Assembly: GCA_043228905.1 (NCBI GenBank)
Contig: JBHGNT010000037.1
Span: 186,001 to 250,000, forward strand
Origin: Azolla caroliniana
Taxonomy: Eukaryota > Plantae > Polypodiophyta
Reading direction: 5' to 3'
DNA length: 64,000 nucleotides
Part shown: piece after piece, positions 54,731 through 64,000 of the stretch
How positions within the stretch are numbered: the stretch's first letter is position 1
Layout: each line of letters starts with the position of its first letter
Position numbers and translations under genes: made by a program
Notes under the pieces: generated by a model
Database searches by the model: none
What the model was told of the DNA's origin: nothing
Seen by the model: the letters and a program-made list of their open reading frames with translations, nothing else

Positions 54731-57700
54731 ATCGAAGCTAACAAGGCTAGGTATGATATAGAATTAAAAAATCGTGATTTTGAAACTCAGGTCGAGAGAC
54801 AAGAAGAAATTAGCATATTTGAGGAGGGAGTTGAGAAGAGCGTGTGAGTGAATTAAAATGGTCATACCTGGCTCGTGTGATATCGGATTTCTGTGTTCAA
54901 ACATGCAAATCGAAGCTAACAAGGATAGCTATGATATAAAATTAAAAAATCAAGTTTTTGAAACTGACGTCGAAAGACATGAGGAAATTAGCATGTTGGA
55001 GGAGGGAGTTGAGAAGAGCGAGTGAGTAAATTAAAATGGTCATACCTGGCTCGTGTGATATCGGATTTCTGTGTTCAAACATGCGAATAGAAACTAACAA
55101 GGCTAGCTATGATATAGAATTAAAAAATCGTGATTTTGAAATTCAAGTCGAGAGACATGAGGAAATTAGCATATTTGAGGAGGGAGTTGAGAAGAGCCAG
55201 TGAGTAAATTAAAATGGTCATACCTGGCTCGTGTGATATCGGATTTCTGTGTTCAAACATGCAAATCGAAGCTAACAAGGCTAGCTATGATATAGAATTA
55301 AAAAATCGAGATTTTGAAACTCAGGTCCAGAGACATGAGGAAATTAGCATATTTGAGGAGGGAGTTGAGAAGAGCCAGTGAGTAAATTAAAATGGTCATA
55401 CCTGGCTCGTGTGATATCGGATTTCTGTGTTCAAAAATGCAAATCGAAACTAACAAGGCTAGCTATGATATAGACTTAAAAAATCGTGATTTTGAAACTC
55501 AGGTCGAGAGACATGAGGAAATTAGCATGTTGGAGGAGGGAGTTGAGAAGAGCGAGTGAGTAAATTAAAATGGTCATACCTGGCTCGTGTGATATCGGAT
55601 TTCTGTGTTCAAACATGCGAATCGAAACTAAGAACGCTAGCTATGATATAGAATTAAAAAATCGAGATTTTGAAACTCAGGTCGAGAGACATGAGGAAAT
55701 TAGCATATTTGAGGAGGGAATTGAGAAGAGCCAGTGAGTAAATTAAAATGGTCATACCTGGCTCGTGTGATATTGGATTTCTGTGTTCAAACATGCGAAT
55801 CGAAGTTAACAAGGCTAGCTATGATATAGAATTAAAAAATCAAGATTTTGAAACTGACGTCGAAAGACATGAGGAAATTAGCATGCTGGAGGAGGGAGTT
55901 GAGAAGACCCAGTGAGTAAATTAAAATGGTCATACCTGGCTCGTGTGATATCGGATTTCTGTGTTCAAACATGTTAATCGAAACTAACAAGGCTAGCTAT
56001 GATATAGAATTAAAAAATCGTGATTTTGAAACTCAGGTCGAGAGACATGAAGAAATTAGCATATTTGAGGAGGGAGTTGAGAAGAGCGTGTGAGTAAATT
56101 AAAATGGTCATACCTGGCTCGTGTGATATCGGATTTCTGTGTTCAAACATGCGAATCGAAGCTAACAACGCTAGCTATGATATAGAATTAAAAAATCAAG
56201 ATTTTGAAACTGACGTCGAAAGACATGAGGAAATTAGCATGTTGGAGGAGGGAGTTGAGAAGAGCGAGCGAGTAAATTAAAATGGTCATACCTGGCTCGT
56301 GTGATATCGGATTTCTGTGTTCAAACATGCGAATCGAAACTAACAAGGCTAGCTATGATATAGAATTAAAAAATCGTGATTTTGAAACTCAGGTCGAGAG
56401 ACATGAGGAAATTAGCATATTTGAGGAGGGAGTTGAGAAGAGCCAGTGAGTAAATTAAAATGGTCATACCTGGCTCGTGTGATATCGGATTTCTGTGTTC
56501 AAACATGCAAATCGAAGCTAACAAGGCTAGCTATGATATAGAATTAAAATATCAAGATTATGAAACTGACGTCGAAAGACATGAAGAAATTAGCATGCTG
56601 GAGGAGGGAGTTGAGAAGAGCGAGTGAGTAAATTAAAATGGTCATACCTGGCTCGTGTGATATCGGATTTTTGTGTTCAAACATGCGAATTGAAACTAAC
56701 AAGGCTAGCTATGATATAGAATTAAAAAATCGTGATTTTGAAACTCAAGTCGAGAGACATGAGGAAATTAGCATATTTGAGGAGGGAGTTGAGAAGAGCC
56801 AGTGAGTAAATTAAAATGGTCATACCTGGCTCGTGTGATATCGGATTTCTGTGTTCAAACATGCAAATCGAAACTAACAAGGCTAGCTATGATATAGACT
56901 TAAAAAATCGTGATTTTGAAACTCAGGTCGAGAGACATGAGGAAATTAGCATGTTGGAGGAGGGAGTTGAGAAGAGCGAGTGAGTAAATTAAAATGGTCA
57001 TACCTAGCTCGTGTGATATCGGATTTCTGTGTTCAACCATGCAAATCGAAGCTAACAAGGCTAGCTATGATATAGAATTAAAAAATCGAGATTTTGAAAC
57101 TCAGGTCCAGAGACATGAGGAAATTAGCATATTTGAGGAGGGAGTTGAGAAGAGCAGGTGTGTAAATTAAAATGGTCATACCTGGCTCGTGTGATATCGG
57201 ATTTCTGTGTTCAAACATGCGAATCGAAGCTAACAAGGCTAGGTATGATATAGAATTAAAAAATCGTGATTTTGAAACTCAGGTCGAGAGACAAGAAGAA
57301 ATTAGCATATTTGAGGAGGGAGTTGAGAAGAGCGTGTGAGTGAATTAAAATGGTCATACCTGGCTCGTGTGATATCGGATTTCTGTGTTCAAACATGCAA
57401 ATCGAAGCTAACAAGGATAGCTATGATATAAAATTAAAAAATCAAGTTTTTGAAACTGACGTCGAAAGACATGAGGAAATTAGCATGTTGGAGGAGGGAG
57501 TTGAGAAGAGCGAGTGAGTAAATTAAAATGGTCATACCTGGCTCGTGTGATATCGGATTTCTGTGTTCAAACATGCGAATAGAAACTAACAAGGCTAGCT
57601 ATGATATAGAATTAAAAAATCGTGATTTTGAAATTCAAGTCGAGAGACATGAGGAAATTAGCATATTTGAGGAGGGAGTTGAGAAGAGCAAGTGAGTAAA

Positions 57701-58072
57701 TTAAAATGGTCATACCTGGCTCGTGTGATATCGGATTTCTGTGTTCAAACATGCAAATCGAAGCTAACAAGGCTAGCTATGATATAGAATTAAAAAATCG
57801 AGATTTTGAAACTCAGGTCCAGAGACATGAGGAAATTAGCATATTTGAGGAGGGAGTTGAGAAGAGCCAGTGAGTAAATTAAAATGGTCATACCTGGCTC
57901 GTGTGATATCGGATTTCTGTGTTCAAAAATGCAAATCGAAACTAACAAGGCTAGCTATGATATAGACTTAAAAAATCGTGATTTTGAAACTCAGGTCGAG
58001 AGACATGAGGAAATTAGCATGTTGGAGGAGGGAGTTGAGAAGAGCGAGTGAGTAAATTAAAATGGTCATACC
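52950..58072. repeat. Near-perfect tandem duplication of a 2492-bp (14-monomer) HOR
   Basis: gttaatcg 53481/55973, tcaaccatg 54541/57033 and tcaaaaatgc 55431/57923, all at +2492 = 14 x 178. Confidence 0.94.
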
Positions 58073-58099
58073 TAGCTCTTGTGATATCGGATTTCGGTG

Positions 58100-61000
58100 T
58101 TCAAATATGCGAATCGAAGCTAACAAGGCTAGCTATGATATAGAATTAAAAAATCGAGATTTTGAAACTCAGATCGAGAGACATGCGGAAATTAGCATAT
58201 TTGAGGAGGGAGTTTAGAAGAGCGAGTGAGTAAATTAAAATGGTCATACCTGGCTCGTGTGATATCGGATTTCTGTGTTCAAACATGCGAATCGAAGCTA
58301 ACAAGGCTAGCTATGATATAGAATTAAAAAATCGTGATTCTGAAACTCAGGTCGAGAGACATGAGGAAATTAACATATTTGAGGAGGGAGTTGAGAAGAG
58401 CGAGTGAGTAAATTAAAATGGTCATACCTGGCTCGTGTGATATTGGATTTCTGTGTTCAAACATGCGCATCGAAGTTAACAAGGCTAGCTATGATATAGA
58501 ATTAAAAACTCAAGATTTTGAAACTGACGTCGAAAGACATGAGGAAATTAGCATATTTGAAGAGGGAGTTGAGAAGAGCCAGTGAGTAAATTAAAATGGT
58601 CATACCTGGCTCGTGTGATATCGGATTTCTGTGTTCAAACATGCAAATCGAAGCTAACAAGGCTAGGTATGATATAGAATTAAAAAATCGAGATTTTGAA
58701 ACTCAGGTCGAGAGACATGAAAAAATTAGCATATTTGAGGAGGGAGTTGAGAAGAGCGTGTGAGTAAATTAAAATGGTCATACCTGGCTCGTGTGATATC
58801 GGATTTCTGTGTTCAAACATGCGAATCGAAACTAACAAGGCTAGCTATGATATAGAATAAAAAAATCGAGATTTTGAAACTCAGGTCGAGAGACATGAAG
58901 AAATTAGCATATTTGAGGAGGGAGTTGAGAAGAGCGTGTGAGTGAATTAAAATGGTCATACCTGGCTCGTGTGATATCGGATTTCTGTGTTCAAACATGC
59001 AAATCGAAGCTAACAAGGATAGCTATGATATAAAATTAAAAAATCAAGTTTTTGAAACTGACGTCGAAAGACATGAGGAAATTAGCATGTTGGAGGAGGG
59101 AGTAGAGAAGAGCGAGTGAGTAAATTAAAATGGTCATACCTGGCTCGTGTGATATCGGATTTCTGTGTTCAAACATGCGAATAGAAACTAACAAGGCTAG
59201 CTATGATATAGAATTAAAAAATCGTGATTTTGAAACTCAAGTCGAGAGACATGAGGAAATTAGCATATTTGAGGAGGGAGTTGAGAAGAGCCAGTGAGTA
59301 AATTAAAATGGTCATACCTGGCTCGTGTGATATCGGATTTCTGTGTTCAAACATGCAAATCGAAACTAACAAGGCTAGCTATGATATAGACTTAAAAAAT
59401 CGTGATTTTGAAACTCAGGTCGAGAGACATGAGGAAATTAGCATGTTGGAGGAGGGAGTTGAGAAGAGCGAGTGAGTAAATTAAAATGGTCATACCTAGC
59501 TCGTGTGATATCGGATTTCTGTGTTCAAACATGCGAATCGAAGCTAACAACGCTAGGTATGATATAGAATTAAAAAATCGAGATTTTGAAACTCAGATCG
59601 AGAGACATGCGGAAATTAGCATATTTGAGGAGGGAGTTTAGAAGAGCGAGTGAGTAAATTAAAATGGTCATACCTGGCTCGTGTGATATCGGATTTCTGT
59701 GTTCAAACATGCGAATCGAAGCTAACAAGGCTAGCTATGATATAGAATTAAAAAATCGTGATTCTGAAACTCAGGTCGAGAGACATGAGGAAATTAACAT
59801 ATTTGAGGAGGGAGTTGAGAAGAGCGAGTGAGTAAATTAAAATGGTCATACCTGGCTCGTGTGATATTGGATTTCTGTGTTCAAACATGCGCATCGAAGT
59901 TAACAAGGCTAGCTATGATATAGAATTAAAAAATCAAGATTTTGAAACTGACGTCGAAAGACATGAGGAAATTAGCATATTTGAAGAGGGAGTTGAGAAG
60001 AGCCAGTGAGTAAATTAAAATGGTCATACCTGGCTCGTGTGATATCGGATTTCTGTGTTCAAACATGCAAATCGAAGCTAACAAGGCTAGGTATGATATA
60101 GAATTAAAAAATCGAGATTTTGAAACTCAGGTCGAGAGACATGAAAAAATTAGCATATTTGAGGAGGGAGTTGAGAAGAGCGTGTGAGTAAATTAAAATG
60201 GTCATACCTGGCTCGTGTGATATCGGATTTCTGTGTTCAAACATGCGAATCAAAGCTAACAAGGATAGCTATGATATAAAATTAAAAAATCAAGTTTTTG
60301 AAACTGACGTCGAAAGACATGAGGAAATTAGCATGTTGGAGGAGGGAGTTGAGAAGAGCGAGTGAGTAAATTAAAATGGTCATACCTGGCTCGTGTGATA
60401 TCGGATTTCTGTGTTCAAACATGCGAATAGAAACTAACAAGGCTAGCTATGATATAGAATTAAAAAATCATGATTTTGAAATTCAAGTCGAGAGACATGA
60501 GGAAATTAGCATATTTGAGGAGGGAGTTGAGAAGAGCCAGTGAGTAAATTAAAATGGTCATACCTGGCTCGTGTGATATCGGATTTCTGTGTTCAAACAT
60601 GCAAATCGAAGCTAACAAGGCTAGCTATGATATAGAATTAAAAAATCGAGATTTTGAAACTCAGGTCCAGAGACATGAGGAAATTAGCATATTTGAGGAG
60701 GGAGTTGAGAAGAGCAGGTGTGTAAATTAAAATGGTCATACCTGGCTCGTGTGATATCGGATTTCTGTGTTCAAACATGCGAATCGAAGCTAACAAGGCT
60801 AGGTATGATATAGAATTAAAAAATCGTGATTTTGAAACTCAGGTCGAGAGACAAGAAGAAATTAGCATATTTGAGGAGGGAGTTGAGAAGAGCGTGTGAG
60901 TGAATTAAAATGGTCATACCTGGCTCGTGTGATATCGGATTTCTGTGTTCAAACATGCAAATCGAAGCTAACAAGGATAGCTATGATATAAAATTAAAAA

Positions 61001-62900
61001 ATCAAGTCTTTGAAACTGACGTCGAAAGACATGAGGAAATTAGCATGTTGGAGGAGGGAGTTGAGAAGAGCGAGTGAGTAAATTAAAATGGTCATACCTG
61101 GCTCGTGTGATATCGGATTTCTGTGTTCAAACATGCGAATAGAAACTAACAAGGCTAGCTATGATATAGAATTAAAAAATCGTGATTTTGAAATTCAAGT
61201 CGAGAGACATGAGGAAATTAGCATATTTGAGGAGGGAGTTGAGAAGAGCCAGTGAGTAAATTAAAATGGTCATACCTGGCTCGTGTGATATCGGATTTCT
61301 GTGTTCAAACATGCAAATCGAAGCTAACAAGGCTAGCTATGATATAGAATTAAAAAATCGAGATTTTGAAACTCAGGTCCAGAGACATGAGGAAATTAGC
61401 ATATTTGAGGAGGGAGTTGAGAAGAGCCAGTGAGTAAATTAAAATGGTCATACCTGGCTCGTGTGATATCGGATTTCTGTGTTCAAACATGCAAATCGAA
61501 ACTAACAAGGCTAGCTATGATATAGACTTAAAAAATCGTGATTTTGAAACTCAGGTCGAGAGACATGAGGAAATTAGCATGTTGGAGGAGGGAGTTGAGA
61601 AGAGCGAGTGAGTAAATTAAAATGGTCATACCTAGCTCGTGTGATATCGGATTTCTGTGTTCAAACATGCGAATCGAAGCTAACAACGCTAGGTATGATA
61701 TAGAATTAAAAAATCGAGATTTTGAAACTCAGATCGAGAGACATGCGGAAATTAGCATATTTGAGGAGGGAGTTTAGAAGAGCGAGTGAGTAAATTAAAA
61801 TGGTCATACCTGGCTCGTGTGATATCGGATTTCTGTGTTCAAACATGCGAATCGAAGCTAACAAGGCTAGCTATGATATAGAATTAAAAAATCGTGATTC
61901 TGAAACTCAGGTCGAGAGACATGAGGAAATTAACATATTTGAGGAGGGAGTTGAGAAGAGCGAGTGAGTAAATTAAAATGGTCATACCTGGCTCGTGTGA
62001 TATTGGATTTCTGTGTTCAAACATGCGCATCGAAGTTAACAAGGCTAGCTATGATATAGAATTAAAAAATCAAGATTTTGAAACTGACGTCGAAAGACAT
62101 GAGGAAATTAGCATATTTGAAGAGGGAGTTGAGAAGAGCCAGTGAGTAAATTAAAATGGTCATACCTGGCTCGTGTGATATCGGATTTCTGTGTTCAAAC
62201 ATGCAAATCGAAGCTAACAAGGCTAGGTATGATATAGAATTAAAAAATCGAGATTTTGAAACTCAGGTCAAGAGACATGAAAAAATTAGCATATTTGAGG
62301 AGGGAGTTGAGAAGAGCGTGTGAGTAAATTAAAATGGTCATACCTGGCTCGTGTGATATCGGATTTCTGTGTTCAAACATGCGAATCGAAACTAACAAGG
62401 CTAGCTATGATATAGAATAAAAAAATCGAGATTTTGAAACTCAGGTCGAGAGACATGAAGAAATTAGCATATTTGAGGAGGGAGTTGAGAAGAGCGTGTG
62501 AGTGAATTAAAATGGTCATACCTGGCTCGTGTGATATCGGATTTCTGTGTTCAAACATGCAAATCGAAGCTAACAAGGATAGCTATGATATAAAATTAAA
62601 AAATCAAGTTTTTGAAACTGACGTCGAAAGACATGAGGAAATTAGCATGTTGGAGGAGGGAGTAGAGAAGAGCGAGTGAGTAAATTAAAATGGTCATACC
62701 TGGCTCGTGTGATATCGGATTTCTGTGTTCAAACATGCGAATAGAATCTAACAAGGCTAGCTATGATATAGAATTAAAAAATCGTGATTTTGAAACTCAA
62801 GTCGAGAGACATGAGGAAATTAGCATATTTGAGGAGGGAGTTGAGAAGAGCCAGTGAGTAAATTAAAATGGTCATACCTGGCTCGTGTGATATCGGATTT
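58100..62900. repeat. Block repeated at 8-mer (1424), 12-mer (2136) and 20-mer (3560) spacings
   Basis: agtttagaag at 58211, 59635 and 61771, with linked gattctg, gcgcatc and ttgaagaggg. ORFs 58813 and 62373 are identical at +3560. Confidence 0.88.
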
Positions 62901-64000
62901 CTGTGTTCAAACATGCAAATCGAAGCTAACAAGACTAGCTATGATATAGAATTAAAAAATCGAGATTTTGAAACTCAGGTCCAGAGACATGAGGAAATTA
63001 GCATATTTGAGGAGGGAGTTGAGAAGAGCCAGTGAGTAAATTAAAATGGTCATACCTAGCTCGTGTGATATTGGATTTCTGTGTTCAAACATGCAAATCG
63101 AAACTAACAAGGCTAGCTATGATATAGACTTAAAAAATCGTGATTTTGAAACTCAGGTCGAGAGACATGAGGAAATTAGCATGTTGGAGGAGGGAGTTGA
63201 GAAGAGCCAGTGAGTAAATTAAAATGGTCATACCTAGCTCGTGTGATATCGGATTTCTGTGTTCAAACATGCGAATCGAAACTAAGAACGCTAGCTATGA
63301 TATAGAATTAAAAAATCGAGATTTTGAAACTCAGGTCGAGAGACATGAGGAAATTAGCATGTTGGAGGAGGGAGTTGAGAAGAGCGAGTGAGTAAATTAA
63401 AATGGTCATACCTGGCTCGTGTGATATCGGATTTCTGTGTTCAAACATGCGAATCGAAACTAAGAACGCTAGCTATGATATAGAATTAAAAAATCGAGAT
63501 TTTGAAACTCAGGTCGAGAGACATGAGGAAATTAGCATGTTGGAGGAGGGAGTTGAGAAGAGCGAGTGAGTAAATTAAAATGGTCATACCTGGCTCGTGT
63601 GATATCGGATTTCTGTGTTCAAACATGCGAATTGAAACTAAGAACGCTAGCTATGATATAGAATTAAAAAATCGAGATTTTGAAACTCAGGTCGAGAGAC
63701 ATGAGGAAATTAGCATATTTGAGGAGGGAGTTCAGGAGAGCCAGTGAGTAAATTAAAATGGTCATACCTAGCTCGTGTGATATCGGATTTCTGTGTTCAA
63801 ACATGCAAATCGAAACTAACAAGGCTAGCTATGATATAGACTTAAAAAATCGTGATTTTGAAACTCAGGTCGAGAGACATGAGGAAATTAGCATGCTGGA
63901 GGAGGGAGTTGAGAAGAGCGAGGGAGTAAATTAAAATGGTCATACCTAGCTCGTGTGATATCGGATTTCTGTGTTCAAACATGCGAATTGAAACTAAGAA

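Larger units (their letters stand above)
1..64000. repeat. 178-bp tandem satellite array (~360 monomers, one orientation), probably centromeric/pericentromeric satellite DNA
   Basis: The same unit (…aaattaaaatggtcatacctggctcgtgtgatatcgg…) recurs every 178 bp from first base to last. The ATG of aattaaaatg is at 68 and 63936; 63868 bp plus 212 bp of observed deletions = 360 x 178. The centromeric role is inferred from monomer size and HOR organisation only. Confidence 0.99.

Noticed and set aside
733-62576. The 18 short ORFs (65-84 aa) in the supplied track
   Set aside because: All are translations of satellite monomers. 178 is not a multiple of 3, and each ORF appears where a substitution or deletion removes a stop. 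I see no recognisable domain or gene context. They are useful only as duplication markers.
1-64000. CRISPR array or other repeat-spacer system
   Set aside because: There are no unique spacers; the entire unit is repeated with point variants only, and there are no cas-like ORFs.
1-64000. Transposon insertion or inversion within the array
   Set aside because: No non-satellite or reverse-orientation stretch was seen, and the phase arithmetic closes with small deletions alone.
1-64000. Assignment to Arabidopsis thaliana CEN178 or primate alpha satellite
   Set aside because: The length is similar, but the consensus does not resemble those sequences as I recall them. A BLAST/Dfam/PlantSat search of the consensus is needed to name the family.
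1-64000. 5S rRNA, tRNA or telomere-derived tandem units
   Set aside because: I recognise no 5S or tRNA sequence or pol III boxes, and no TTAGGG/TTTAGGG runs.

Overview
The whole 64 kb is one uninterrupted, head-to-tail, single-orientation tandem array of a 178-bp satellite (about 360 monomers, ~39% GC, G>>C on the + strand). Consensus read from the sequence: gtcatacctggctcgtgtgatatcggatttctgtgttcaaacatgcgaatcgaagctaacaaggctagctatgatatagaattaaaaaatcgagattttgaaactcaggtcgagagacatgaggaaattagcatatttgaggagggagttgagaagagccagtgagtaaattaaaatg. Nucleosome-sized monomers and higher-order repeats (HORs) are typical of eukaryotic (peri)centromeric satellite, but I cannot name the family or species. I see no credible gene, RNA gene, transposon, inversion or CRISPR array; the supplied ORFs are chance read-throughs of the repeat. 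The information lies in the variant pattern. (1) The array is layered: a diverged two-subfamily domain (1-13 kb), a homogeneous central domain with nested 3/14/24-mer HORs, a domain of chimeric monomers (40.4-50.4 kb) and a right domain with 8/10/12/14/20-mer periods. (2) All 15 length changes I found are deletions and they account exactly for the phase over the window (63868 + 212 = 360 x 178). (3) Most multi-base deletions sit on microhomologies at joins between different HOR contexts. (4) A 98-bp phase shift at 43194 looks like the scar of a ~3.3-kb deletion. (5) AATTAAAA recurs exactly 89 bp apart, hinting at an ancestral 89-bp unit. Block edges were placed by eye from rare variants and are approximate.
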